64,000 nt of DNA from Candidatus Acidiferrales bacterium (GCA_035279445.1 DATEHV010000008.1:6525-70524), one strand, 5' to 3'. Positions 16,564 through 25,974 are shown, numbered from the stretch's first letter. The notes: generated by a model from the letters alone, not told the origin. Numbers and translations are program-made.

Positions 16564-17297
16564 TTCTTTTTCTTCGGCGCGAACTGCTTCAGTTCGATTC
16601 GCTCTCCGAGGAGCTGGCGCATCAGCTTCTGCAGCTTGTTCACGCGGACGGTTCCGTCCATCAGCACGAAATTGTCCGTTTCGATCATCTGGTCGTAATT
16701 GGCCAGGATCCGCTCCTGGAAGATGCGGAAGCTCTCGGCGCGGTCGAGCGAGATACCGAGATCCATCCCGGCCTCGTAATACTTCAGCTTGGGACGCCCG
16801 GCGACGATTCGGTTCACCGCCACGTCGAGCGGCGCGCGAAAGTAAAAGGTGATGTCGGGAATCGGCGCGAAGCTGTAGAGGTTTCGCAGCCAGTGGGGAG
16901 CGCAGCCGCGCGCCGCGTCGCGCGCGAACGCGGTGTAAATGTAGCGGTCGGCGAGCACCAGATAGCCGCCGTGCAGCAGCGGCAGGATTTGCCGCTCGCA
17001 GCGGTCCGCGAAATCGGCGGCGTGCAGCATCGAGAATGTCGTCGCCGTCAGAAGCCGCCTCTGCTTTCCCCGCCGTGTCGCAGACTTCACCAGAGGCGAC
17101 GAATTCCATTCGGTGAAATGAATCCGGTAGCCGCCAATCTCGAGCCACCGCTTCAGCAGGTAGAGCTGCGTGCTTTTCCCCGAGCCGTCAATCCCCTCGA
17201 CCACCACCAGCGCCCCCGGATACGCGCGCTTCGCGACGGGCGCCTTTTCCGGGACCGGCTGTGCGGCGATAGGAGTTTCGGGAGCGACGGTAGCCAT
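16560..17297 (-). CDS. Thymidylate-kinase-like P-loop protein (paralog A)
   Basis: VVEGIDGSGKSTQ canonical P-loop and an LADRYIYT (DRY) motif. The lid region is unlike classical Tmk. The ATG at 17297 (MATVAPE...) is preferred over the track start. Confidence 0.72.
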   Translation of the reverse strand: MATVAPETPIAAQPVPEKAPVAKRAYPGALVVVEGIDGSGKSTQLYLLKRWLEIGGYRIHFTEWNSSPLVKSATRRGKQRRLLTATTFSMLHAADFADRCERQILPLLHGGYLVLADRYIYTAFARDAARGCAPHWLRNLYSFAPIPDITFYFRAPLDVAVNRIVAGRPKLKYYEAGMDLGISLDRAESFRIFQERILANYDQMIETDNFVLMDGTVRVNKLQKLMRQLLGERIELKQFAPKKKK

Positions 17298-17460
17298 GAA
17301 GGCACACCTGGACGTGAACAACCATGATACTTCGGAACCATTACGGCGCCATGAAAAAAGCATTACGTCCGTATGACTCGCGGAAACAATAGCTTGCGCG
17401 CATCCGGCGTCGCGTCGGCTCGCAGCGAGATGGCGCCCGGCGGGGTGCTATCATCCGGTT

Positions 17461-17982
17461 GTGCCGCCGCTAAACATGCGCAATTCTGGGCGATTCTCGA
17501 TTCTCGATGGGAGCTTTCGCATCAGTATCGCTCTGAAAGGCCTGCACGCACTGTTCGAGACGATCGGCGGGCTGATCTTGCTCAAGGTCGCACCTCAGAC
17601 CATCGATCGATTCGTCATTTCTGTTCTGCATCCGGAGCTGGCCGAAGATCCCCAGGATTTCGTCGCCGCGCACATCCGCCTTGCCAGCCAGCATTTTGTC
17701 GCAAGTGGCGGGCATTTCGCCTCTTGGTACCTCCTTTCCCACGGCGTAGTGAAGCTCGTGCTCGTCGTGTCGCTGTTCATGAACAAGCTTTGGGCGTATC
17801 CGTTGATGACGGCGTTGCTCACCGCATTTGCCGCCTACCAGACTTATCGATTCGCGCTCACGCATTCCCTCGCGATGATTCTGTTGACCGTCTTCGACGT
17901 CGTCGTCATCGCCCTCACTTGGCTCGAATACAGAAAGCAAAGGCGCGCCCGCGCTAATGGCCGCGCCGATCGTGCCCGCTGA
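17461..17982 (+). CDS. DUF2127-family integral membrane protein
   Basis: 173 aa with 4 hydrophobic helices. ISIALKGLHALFETIGGLILL and YLLSHGVVKL are characteristic of DUF2127. Confidence 0.65.
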   Translation: MPPLNMRNSGRFSILDGSFRISIALKGLHALFETIGGLILLKVAPQTIDRFVISVLHPELAEDPQDFVAAHIRLASQHFVASGGHFASWYLLSHGVVKLVLVVSLFMNKLWAYPLMTALLTAFAAYQTYRFALTHSLAMILLTVFDVVVIALTWLEYRKQRRARANGRADRAR

Positions 17983-18141
17983 CGAGAAAAGGGCGAGGTT
18001 AGTCCCAGTACCGCCGATGTTCCCGCCCATTGCAATTCTTGCGCGGTTCAAAACGAGCCGGTATCACATCCTCTGTGTGTTCATAGATTTAGAGGTGCCG
18101 GTCTGGAAGTGCGGCTGCTTCTAGAACTCCCGGAGGTGCTT

Positions 18142-18768
18142 ATGCTTGGACACCTGAGTAAGAGAAGTTACATCGCGATAGCGGTCGTCGGTACATTACT
18201 GCTGGCGGCGGTCGCAACACTGGGAGCGTCGGCGTGGTCGAGCCGGCGTGATCCCGTGACCGTGCCGGACTTGACCGCAATCCATGTAACGCTCAACAAC
18301 ACTGTGGCGAGCAACCAGAGCAGGCCCGGAGATCACTTCGAGGCCACCGTCTCACAGCCGATTGTCGTTGACGGCAAGACGGTCATTCCTGAGGGCGCAC
18401 AAGCCACCGGGCTTGTCGTTGACGCTCACCATTCCGGCAGATTGAGAGGTCGCGCGCGTCTACAACTCGCCCTCGAGACCGTCAGGGTGAACGGAAGTAG
18501 CTATCAGATCCACACCGCTTCTGACGTCCGAGTCGGCGGCAAGCACAAGAAGCGCAACCTCGTATTGATCGGAGGCGGCGCCGGCGGCGGTGCGCTCATC
18601 GGCGCAATCGCGGCGGGCGGCAAGGGCGCTCTGATCGGAGGACCGGTCGGCGCAGGAGCGGGCACGGCGGTCGCATTCTTCACCGGCAAGAAGGATGTGC
18701 GTCTTCGTGCCGAAACTCCGCTCACCTTCCGGTTGGCTCAGCCGGTCGCGATCAACGTGAAGAGCTGA
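18142..18768 (+). CDS. Secreted/membrane protein with C-terminal glycine-zipper
   Basis: Signal/anchor YIAIAVVGTLLLAAVATLGASA and a C-terminal GGGAGGGALIGAIAAGGKGALIGGPVGAGAG glycine zipper. ATG at 18142 is preceded by GGAGG. Confidence 0.6.
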   Translation: MLGHLSKRSYIAIAVVGTLLLAAVATLGASAWSSRRDPVTVPDLTAIHVTLNNTVASNQSRPGDHFEATVSQPIVVDGKTVIPEGAQATGLVVDAHHSGRLRGRARLQLALETVRVNGSSYQIHTASDVRVGGKHKKRNLVLIGGGAGGGALIGAIAAGGKGALIGGPVGAGAGTAVAFFTGKKDVRLRAETPLTFRLAQPVAINVKS

Positions 18769-18842
18769 CGAGTGCCCGTCCCTTCGATCCGCCCGCAACG
18801 CTTCTCGCGCCGGGCGGATACTTCGCGGAAGGGCAAACCATG

Positions 18843-18877
18843 AAAAAAGGCCCGCTGTTTTCCGGCGGGCCTTTTTC
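18843..18877. terminator. Bidirectional intrinsic terminator
   Basis: AAAAAA-GGCCCGC-tgttttccg-GCGGGCC-TTTTT lies between convergent genes (18142-18768 + and 18915-19628 -). Confidence 0.7.
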
Positions 18878-18914
18878 TTGCAACCTGCGGCGAGCGTTTC
18901 TCTCCCGCCTGAAT

Positions 18915-19628
18915 CTAAACGAGCAGCGTTCCTCCGTCGACATCCACTACGGCTCCGGTCATGAAAGTAGCAGTCATCATGGTCAAGACGACCGCCGCGA
19001 TTTCAGCGGGCCGGCCAGGTCGCGAAATCGGCTGTCGCTCCGTGAACGACTTGAGGACTGCGCCCCTTCTCTCGTCGGGTAGGCCCGCCCACAACTCTGT
19101 ATCGACTACGCCCGGCGCAATCACGTTGACGCGCACCGGCGCGAGTTCTACAGCAAGCGCCTTGCCCAGCGCCTCGACCGCCGCGTTGATCGCCGTCAAA
19201 GCGGCGGCGCCGCCGCCCGGCTTGCGCGACGCCACTCCCGAGAACAGCACCACAGATCCCGTCGGTGCCATGCGCGCAGCTTTAATTGCCGCGTATTGTC
19301 CCCAAAACTTGCTGTTCATCGACGCCTGTGCGTCGGCGATCGGCAGTTTTCGGAACTGGCCGATGGTCACCTGGTTCCCGGGCAGGACGAGGTGGTCGAT
19401 TTCTCCGGCTTCACCAAAGAACGCGCGCACGGACTCGGGATCGGTGAGATCAACCACTTTTCCCTGCACTGCGCCTCCCAGCAGCGCCACCGTTTCGTCC
19501 ACCCTCTGCCGACTGCGCGACGCGACTGTCACCCGCGCTCCAGCCGCCGCGGACTGCTCGGCGACGGCGCGCCCGATCCCGGATGTTCCACCGATGACGA
19601 CCACAACTTTTTTCTCGATGCTCTGCAT
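18915..19628 (-). CDS. Short-chain dehydrogenase/reductase (SDR) family oxidoreductase
   Basis: VVVIGGTSGIGRAVAE Rossmann motif and SDR length from the ATG at 19628. The upstream part of the track ORF looks non-coding. Confidence 0.85.
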   Translation of the reverse strand: MQSIEKKVVVVIGGTSGIGRAVAEQSAAAGARVTVASRSRQRVDETVALLGGAVQGKVVDLTDPESVRAFFGEAGEIDHLVLPGNQVTIGQFRKLPIADAQASMNSKFWGQYAAIKAARMAPTGSVVLFSGVASRKPGGGAAALTAINAAVEALGKALAVELAPVRVNVIAPGVVDTELWAGLPDERRGAVLKSFTERQPISRPGRPAEIAAVVLTMMTATFMTGAVVDVDGGTLLV

Positions 19629-20043
19629 TGGACTGCTCAAGGGTGTGCCTCCGGTTATGTTCGAGAGTGAGAGAATCCGATTGATTCGCCCCTTATATCG
19701 CACCGCGCCGGAAAAAGCTGTTCCCGTGTTGCGTCGTCTTGCCCGAAGTTCTTTGGAGCACACTCCACCAAAGTCCACGCGCGCGATCCCTTGCGCCTCG
19801 TTCTGTGTTATGGCAGCGTGGATCTAGAGGTGTGCAGTGCAAAGTTTGACGAAGGCAGGATGGAAGTCCCGGCCGCGAGGCCCGGAGGGAAGCGGCCGGA
19901 GCAGAACCTTGTCCCGGCCCCTGCACCCCGGACGACCCAACGAGGGTCGCCGCGCGGAGCGAAACACCCAATCCGCGTCCTGCGCGTTCCAGATGTCTTT
20001 CAGGGACGCGGGTCCGGCGGATGCGGGCGCCTCCACACGGCTA

Positions 20044-20072
20044 TTTCTAATCGACACTCCGGCGATTAGAAA
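20044..20072. promoter_or_regulatory. AT-rich perfect inverted repeat (candidate operator) upstream of ppk2
   Basis: TTTCTAATCG-N9-CGATTAGAAA. The half-site CTAATCGACAC recurs at 20112-20122, 23 nt before the ppk2 ATG. Confidence 0.3.
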
Positions 20073-20144
20073 TGACTCCAAAGCTATGAAAACAAAGGAT
20101 CGGCGCTCATGCTAATCGACACACTTTCAGGGGCCGCAAGCTGA

Positions 20145-20960
20145 ATGGCGACCATCTTCAGCAAGGAACTCGCGGTCTCACCCGGCGAAAAGGTGAACCT
20201 CGCGAAATATGATCCGGAGCAGACGCTCGGCTGGGAAAAAGACCGCAAGATGAAGGCGAGTCTCGAAAAAGCGATCGAGCGCATTGACCAGCAGCAGTAT
20301 CTGCTCTATGCCGAGCACAAACATGCGCTGCTCGTCGTCCTTCAGGGACTCGACGCGTCCGGCAAGGACGGCACCATCCGTCATGTCATGGCGGGCGTCA
20401 ATCCCCAGGGCTGCACTGTCGTTTCCTTCAAGAAGCCTTCTGTGGAAGAGGCGTCGCACGACTTCCTGTGGCGGATCCACAAGGCCGTTCCGGAATACGG
20501 CAACATCGGAATCTTCAACCGATCCCTTTACGAAGACGTTCTGGTCGTGCGAGTCCACAATCTCGTGCCCAAGGAGGTCTGGTCGCGGCGATACGATCAG
20601 ATCAATCGCTTTGAAGAGCTGCTGCACGACAACCGCGTGAAAATCGTGAAATTCTTTCTCCACATCAGCAAGGACGAGCAGCGAAAGCGCTTTCAGCAGC
20701 GCATCGGCGATCCCGACCGGAGGTGGAAAATCTCCGAGGCGGATTTCGACGAGAGAAAATTCTGGGACGACTACACGGAGGCCTACGAAGCGGCCCTTAC
20801 AAAATGCAACACGCGCCACGCGCCGTGGTACGTCATTCCCGCGAATAAAAAATGGTTCCGCAATCTCGCCGTTTCTCACACAATCGCCGAGACGCTGGAG
20901 GACATGCGCATGAAATTCCCGCTGCCGTCGGTGGACGTGAAAAAGATCCGGTGGAAATGA
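20145..20960 (+). CDS. ppk2: Polyphosphate kinase 2 (PPK2) family protein
   Basis: 271 aa. LLVVLQGLDASGKDGTI Walker-A-like motif, FLWRIHKAVPEYGNIGIFNRSLYEDV, and WYVIPANKKW are all typical of single-domain PPK2. Confidence 0.9.
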   Translation: MATIFSKELAVSPGEKVNLAKYDPEQTLGWEKDRKMKASLEKAIERIDQQQYLLYAEHKHALLVVLQGLDASGKDGTIRHVMAGVNPQGCTVVSFKKPSVEEASHDFLWRIHKAVPEYGNIGIFNRSLYEDVLVVRVHNLVPKEVWSRRYDQINRFEELLHDNRVKIVKFFLHISKDEQRKRFQQRIGDPDRRWKISEADFDERKFWDDYTEAYEAALTKCNTRHAPWYVIPANKKWFRNLAVSHTIAETLEDMRMKFPLPSVDVKKIRWK

Positions 20961-21003
20961 GCGGGCGCGCCATGGGAATCGCACGCCGGAGAGGCAGGAC
21001 GCC

Positions 21004-21567
21004 ATGAAGGGTTTCGTGATTGGAATTCTTGTGACTCTGATTGCCCTGGCCGCAGGCACCTGGTGGTGCCTCAAAACGGGCTATGTGAACTTCGCGGCGG
21101 ATCAGAAGCCGTCGGCTCTCGAAGCGAAACTGGCGATGGACGCGGTGGACGCTTCGACCGATCGCCGCGCTCCCCAGGACAAAAATCCCGTCGCGCCGAC
21201 GGAAGAAAATCTCGCGGCGGGCGCGAAGCTCTATCTCGACCACTGCGCCGGCTGCCACGGCCTCCCGTCGAACCCCGAGAGCGAGTTCGCGCGGTCGTTC
21301 AATCCGCCGGTGCCGGCGTTTTTCAAGGATGCCCCGGACATGTCCGAGGCGCAGAACTTCTACATCATCGAACACGGAATACGCTGGACCGGAATGCCCG
21401 CATGGGACAAAACTCTCAGCGCCCCGGAGATCTGGAAGATCGTCGCGTTCCTGAGCAACATCGAAAAGCTTCCGCCCGCAGCGCAGAAGGTGCTGGGTTC
21501 TCCGGCGACAAACGCGCCGATGCCCGCGCACATGAACATGCCGATGAACGCCCCGGCGAAACGCTGA
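21004..21567 (+). CDS. Membrane-anchored monoheme c-type cytochrome
   Basis: N-terminal TM helix, CAGCHG heme-binding motif, and a distal Met in GMPAW. Confidence 0.8.
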   Translation: MKGFVIGILVTLIALAAGTWWCLKTGYVNFAADQKPSALEAKLAMDAVDASTDRRAPQDKNPVAPTEENLAAGAKLYLDHCAGCHGLPSNPESEFARSFNPPVPAFFKDAPDMSEAQNFYIIEHGIRWTGMPAWDKTLSAPEIWKIVAFLSNIEKLPPAAQKVLGSPATNAPMPAHMNMPMNAPAKR

Positions 21568-21569
21568 AC

Positions 21570-21591
21570 GCCGATGTGTTTGGCTTTTTTT
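21570..21591 (+). terminator. Possible weak intrinsic terminator after the cytochrome c gene
   Basis: A short GCCGA/TTGGC stem followed by a T7 run immediately after the stop codon. Confidence 0.3.
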
Positions 21592-21620
21592 CGGGAACGG
21601 CTGGGATGCGCGGCCGGATT

Positions 21621-22322
21621 CTAGGCAGTTCGAAACCGCTCGGGGAAGCGCACTTCGCGGGTCTTATTCGACAGCTCCAGAGGGCGATGGGAAGGCTGCA
21701 CGCCAAATTCCCGCAGGTCGTAGTCGTCCGCCCTCCGGGACAGATCCACGCCTTCGCGCTCGATGACCGGCAAGCGCAGAAACCCATCCGCTCGCCGCGC
21801 CAGCTCGGCGCGATTGCGGACGCCGAACTTGCTCAGCAAGGCGGACACGTGAAACTTGACCGTCCGCACGGTGATGTTGAGCCTCGAAGCGATTTCCTTG
21901 TTGGCGCGATTGCAAACCACCGACTGCAGGATCTCCCTCTGCCGCGGGCTGAGAGGGGTGGAACTGGTGACCGCACGCCCTTCTTCGAGGAGTTCGGTCG
22001 CGCGAGACACCAGTCGATTCGTGAGGTTTTCCGCTGCGGGAACGAGAATCGCGAAATCGGCAGGATCGGAGCCGCGAACCAGGCACTGCATCGCCAGCAA
22101 GCCCGCCAGCCGCTCGACCGTGCCGTTCAGATCCGCGTTCGATTGGGCGCGAAAGTGCGCCACGCCGGTGGACTTGTCACAGAAAATCAACGTTTTGGAT
22201 TGCCCTGCGTTTTGCTTTCGATCGCGCTGGATCGGTTTCGGGAACGCGCGCACTTTCTTCACTCGGGCCTTTCCGTCACCGCCCACGGCTGCAGTGGGCA
22301 AATGGTTTCGAGCGCGCCGCAT
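21621..22322 (-). CDS. LuxR-family transcriptional regulator (start uncertain)
   Basis: LuxR HTH LSPRQREILQSVVCNRANKEIASRLNITVRTVKFHVSALLSKFGV followed by a ~55-aa tail. The ORF is open up to 22445. No convincing RBS for any candidate start. Confidence 0.6.
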   Translation of the reverse strand: MRRARNHLPTAAVGGDGKARVKKVRAFPKPIQRDRKQNAGQSKTLIFCDKSTGVAHFRAQSNADLNGTVERLAGLLAMQCLVRGSDPADFAILVPAAENLTNRLVSRATELLEEGRAVTSSTPLSPRQREILQSVVCNRANKEIASRLNITVRTVKFHVSALLSKFGVRNRAELARRADGFLRLPVIEREGVDLSRRADDYDLREFGVQPSHRPLELSNKTREVRFPERFRTA

Positions 22323-22595
22323 TTGCAACGCGAAACTGCCGAACTGCTTTGCCGATGAAAACGATTGAGGCCCCGAGAGCGCCTGAACGTCACACGCCGA
22401 AACACGCAACACGATCGAACGGGCCGAATTTGATACGCGAGGCACCTACGCTGCCAAAGCTTGTCAATTCTTGTAAGGCGCACCGATTGAATCGAATGCG
22501 TGCCTTCGCGGACGCAATGAGGACACAATTCTATGTAGAACTTTCCGATATGGGGCAATTTCTTCCGCAAACTCTTCCTTCCCGGAGGATTCTCA

Positions 22596-24284
22596 ATGAG
22601 TTATTTCCACAGCGGGACGGCGAGTGGTTATAATCCGGGCTCGGTAGTCCGCGGAGCGGCCATGACAGGCAGAGTTCCAAGGCCGGGCACAATGCCCTGG
22701 CGGCAAGAAACCGTACGAACATTCCTATGGTTCGGGGCGGTCGCGGCGCTCGTTGCGTCCCATGCTCTTTTTTCAGCGCCGTTGGCCTCCGCGCAAGCTG
22801 CCCCGATCAACCCGCCGCCCGGCTGGAAGCAGGTGCCCAGCGGACCGGGCACGTGTTCGGTCGGAAAATCGTGCGCAGACCTGGCGCCGGGCATGATTCA
22901 GAGCGCGCTCGGCCCTTCGCCGCTGAAAGAAAACCTTCGGTATCTCACCGACACCATCGGCGGACGTCTCACCGGCTCTCCGGCAGCGGACCGCGCCGCA
23001 GGCTGGGCGGTCGAGGCGTTGCGGCGCGCAGGCGTCGACGAAGTGCACACCGAAAAATTCACGGTTCCGGTCGGCTGGAGCGAAGGTCAAACGCACTTCG
23101 AGGTCCTCGCGCCGGTGCCTTTTCCGGTGCGTCTGGTCTCTATAGGCTGGTCGCCGCCGACGCCGGCGGGAGGAATCACCGCGGATGTGGTAGACGCCGG
23201 CGCCGGGGATGCCGCCGGATTCGCGAAGGCGAGCGGCGCAACTCAGGGCGCAATTGTGCTGGTCCACTCGAAGATTTTGGTCACGTGGGATGATCTCAAC
23301 CGCGAATACAAGACCGACGCGGCGATCATCGCCCGGGCCACGAAGGCGAGGGCGGCGGCGATATTCTGGATGTCCACGCGGCCGAATCTCCTTCTATATC
23401 GGCATACAGAAGTAATCGACGGTCACCTGGAGCCGCTTCCGCAGGCCGTGGTGGCGCGCGAAGACGCCGAGCGGATGGCGCGTTTCCTGGCCTCGGGGCA
23501 GAAAGTGCGCGTTCATTTCGAAATGCCGAATCACGTCGGCGGCCCGGTGGAATCGCAAAACGTGGTCGGCGAGATTCGCGGCCGCGAAAAACCGGACGAA
23601 TTTGTTCTGCTCGGCGCGCATATCGATTCCTGGGATCTGGGAACCGGGGCGCTGGACAACGGGAGCGCCGTCGCGATGGTGATCGACGCCGTGCGCGTGA
23701 TCCGCGCTTCCGGGAACGTACCCAGGCGCTCGATTCGCTTCGTGCTCTTTACCGGGGAGGAGCAAGTCATGCTCGGTTCGTGGGCTTACGCGCGGGCACA
23801 TCGCGCGGAACTGGATCGCATGATTGCGGCGATCGTCTTTGACGGCGGAACAGGCGCCGTGACCGGGTATTCGCTGGGCGGCCGCAATGACGCGCTTTCC
23901 GCGGTGCGCGATACGCTCGCCCCGCTCGCGCCCCTGGGCGTGAAGGATTTCACGCTCGATGCCTCGATCGACACCGACCGCTACGATTTCATGGTGGAGG
24001 GCGTGCTGACTCTCGATCCCAATCAAGAGCCCGCCAACTACATGCTGAACTATCACGCCACTTCGGACACGTTCGACAAGGTGGACATCGCCGAGCTGAA
24101 AAAGCAGACGGCGATCGCCGCCATCACGGCATACGCGCTTGCGGACCGGGAGGAGCGCATCGCATCGCGCCAATCGCGGCCACAAATCGGGCAGCTCCTG
24201 AAAGAAACGGGCCTCGAGGAAGAGATGAAAATTGAGGGCTTCTGGCCGTCGTGGGAAAGCGGCGATCGCGGCCGCCAGCCGTAG
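22596..24284 (+). CDS. Secreted M28-family aminopeptidase with PA domain
   Basis: Signal-like FLWFGAVAALVASHALFSAPLASAQA and M28 metal-ligand context LLGAHIDSWDLGTGALDNGSAVA...FTGEEQ. GGAGG RBS before the ATG at 22596. Internal starts at 22662 and 22692 are possible. Confidence 0.85.
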   Translation: MSYFHSGTASGYNPGSVVRGAAMTGRVPRPGTMPWRQETVRTFLWFGAVAALVASHALFSAPLASAQAAPINPPPGWKQVPSGPGTCSVGKSCADLAPGMIQSALGPSPLKENLRYLTDTIGGRLTGSPAADRAAGWAVEALRRAGVDEVHTEKFTVPVGWSEGQTHFEVLAPVPFPVRLVSIGWSPPTPAGGITADVVDAGAGDAAGFAKASGATQGAIVLVHSKILVTWDDLNREYKTDAAIIARATKARAAAIFWMSTRPNLLLYRHTEVIDGHLEPLPQAVVAREDAERMARFLASGQKVRVHFEMPNHVGGPVESQNVVGEIRGREKPDEFVLLGAHIDSWDLGTGALDNGSAVAMVIDAVRVIRASGNVPRRSIRFVLFTGEEQVMLGSWAYARAHRAELDRMIAAIVFDGGTGAVTGYSLGGRNDALSAVRDTLAPLAPLGVKDFTLDASIDTDRYDFMVEGVLTLDPNQEPANYMLNYHATSDTFDKVDIAELKKQTAIAAITAYALADREERIASRQSRPQIGQLLKETGLEEEMKIEGFWPSWESGDRGRQP

Positions 24285-24423
24285 CTAAGACGGACCGGCA
24301 ACGAAGCCTCGCCCGGAGAAACTTCGCGCGGGCGGACCGGCAGAAACGGCGCGGTTACTTGTGGGCCGCCAGGCTCCACGCCGAATTTCCGGCGCGCGCA
24401 GCGTCACGTATAATAAATTTGAA

Positions 24424-24915
24424 ATGGCGATGATCCAGCGGGGGGAGCGCCGGGAGATCCCTGCTTCGGCGGGCGAAAAGAAGCAGCGGCGAATTCTCGG
24501 CGTGGACTATGGGCGCAAACGAATCGGCCTCGCGCTTTCGGACGAACTGGGCATGACGGCGCAACCGCTGGCAACGCTGGTCCGCGCGAACCGGCAGAAT
24601 GATCTCCGCCGGCTGCGCGAGATTTGCCGCAAGCACGGCGTCGGCCGAGTGGTCGTCGGCCAGCCATTGCACTTGAGCGGAGAGGCCGGCCCGATGGCCG
24701 AAGAAGCGGCGCGATTTGCCGAGCGCCTGCGCAAGGGCCTGGGCATCGAAGTGGACTTGCAGGACGAGCGGCTGACGAGCTGGGAGGCGGAAACGCAAGC
24801 GCCGGTTCGGCGAAAGCGCGCGCCGCTGGACGATGTGGCTGCGGCGATCCTGCTGCGCGACTACCTCGAAAAAACGCGCGAAGCGAGTCCCAGCGCCGCA
24901 GCGGAGAAGGATTAG
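24424..24915 (+). CDS. ruvX: Holliday-junction resolvase-like nuclease RuvX (YqgF)
   Basis: ILGVDYGRKRIGLALSD motif and C-terminal DERLTS...D..AAAILL. ATG at 24424 chosen. Confidence 0.85.
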   Translation: MAMIQRGERREIPASAGEKKQRRILGVDYGRKRIGLALSDELGMTAQPLATLVRANRQNDLRRLREICRKHGVGRVVVGQPLHLSGEAGPMAEEAARFAERLRKGLGIEVDLQDERLTSWEAETQAPVRRKRAPLDDVAAAILLRDYLEKTREASPSAAAEKD

Positions 24916-24921
24916 CCGACG

Positions 24922-25974
24922 ATGCGACGCCTGGGCATTCTGGCGCTACTGGCGATCGCCGCTCTGGGCGCAGGCGCGGGCTGGATCGATTCGCAGATCA
25001 GCCGGCCGTATCGAGGCCACCGGCCGGAAAAAGTCTTCGTGGATATTCCGCACGGCACCTCGCGGTGGGGCGTCGCCGGAATTCTCCGGCGCAACGACGT
25101 AATCCGAAATCAGCTGGCGTTTGCGCTGTTCAGCGCGTGGCACTTCCGGAAGCGGCCGCAGGCCGGCGAATATCTCTTCGATCATCCAGTGAATACGCGC
25201 GAGGTTTTCTGGAAACTTGCGCACGGCCGCATCTTCGTTCACATCGTGACGGTGCCGGAAGGCTGGACGATGTACGACATCGCCGCGGAGCTCGAGCGGG
25301 AGGGCGTCTGCAGCAGGGAGGATTTCCTGGCTGCGGCGCACGACACCTCGCTCATCTCGGACCTCGCACCGCAAGCCCGCAGTTTAGAAGGGTATCTTTT
25401 CCCCTCGACGTACGAATTCGCGCGACAGGACACCTGCGAGCAGGTGGTCAAGCGAATGGTTCAGAGTTTCCGGGCCGTATGGGAATCGCTCGAACCGTCG
25501 GCGTCGCCCCACCCGGAAGGGTTGACCTCCGCTCAAATCGTGACTCTGGCTTCGCTGGTCGAGCGGGAGACGCCGAATGCGGAAGAGCGGCCGCTGGTGG
25601 CCGGAGTGTTCTACAATCGATTGCGGCGCGGCTCCCGGATGCAATGCGATCCGACCGTGCAGTATGCGATGGAGCTGGCCGGACATCCGGAGAAAAACTT
25701 GCGGGCCGCCGATCTACACATGGACTCGCCCTACAACACCTACGAACATCGCGGCCTGCCCCCGGGACCGATCGCGAATCCCGGCGAAGCGTCACTGCGA
25801 GCGGCGCTCGCGCCAGCGCCAACCGACTATCTGTTTTTTGTCGCCAACGATGAAGGCGGCCACGCCTTCAGCCGCACGCTGGTGGAACACAACCGCAATG
25901 TCGCGCGGCTGCGCCGCCTGCGCGCGGGTGACGCCCAGGCGGCCGATCCGGCACCCAAGAAATTGCAGCGCTGA
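24922..25974 (+). CDS. mltG: Endolytic murein transglycosylase MltG (YceG)
   Basis: N-terminal TM anchor and the YceG signature SLVERE...VFYNRL...LQCDPTVQY...YNTYEHRGLPPGPIANPG. Confidence 0.9.
   Translation: MRRLGILALLAIAALGAGAGWIDSQISRPYRGHRPEKVFVDIPHGTSRWGVAGILRRNDVIRNQLAFALFSAWHFRKRPQAGEYLFDHPVNTREVFWKLAHGRIFVHIVTVPEGWTMYDIAAELEREGVCSREDFLAAAHDTSLISDLAPQARSLEGYLFPSTYEFARQDTCEQVVKRMVQSFRAVWESLEPSASPHPEGLTSAQIVTLASLVERETPNAEERPLVAGVFYNRLRRGSRMQCDPTVQYAMELAGHPEKNLRAADLHMDSPYNTYEHRGLPPGPIANPGEASLRAALAPAPTDYLFFVANDEGGHAFSRTLVEHNRNVARLRRLRAGDAQAADPAPKKLQR

Noticed and set aside
15736-17148. The 470-aa ORF, which would make the second Tmk-like gene much longer.
   Set aside because: The first ~195 codons overlap the upstream Tmk-like gene in another frame and read as low-complexity Arg/Ala/Pro sequence. 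An ATG at 16563 forms an ATGA overlap with the upstream stop, giving a protein colinear with its paralog.
19629-20144. ORFs in the SDR-ppk2 intergenic region (19693-19971, 19791-20069, 19824-20081, 19837-20115).
   Set aside because: These are short, mutually overlapping frames with Arg/Pro/Gly-rich composition and no RBS. The region is more likely a promoter/operator region.
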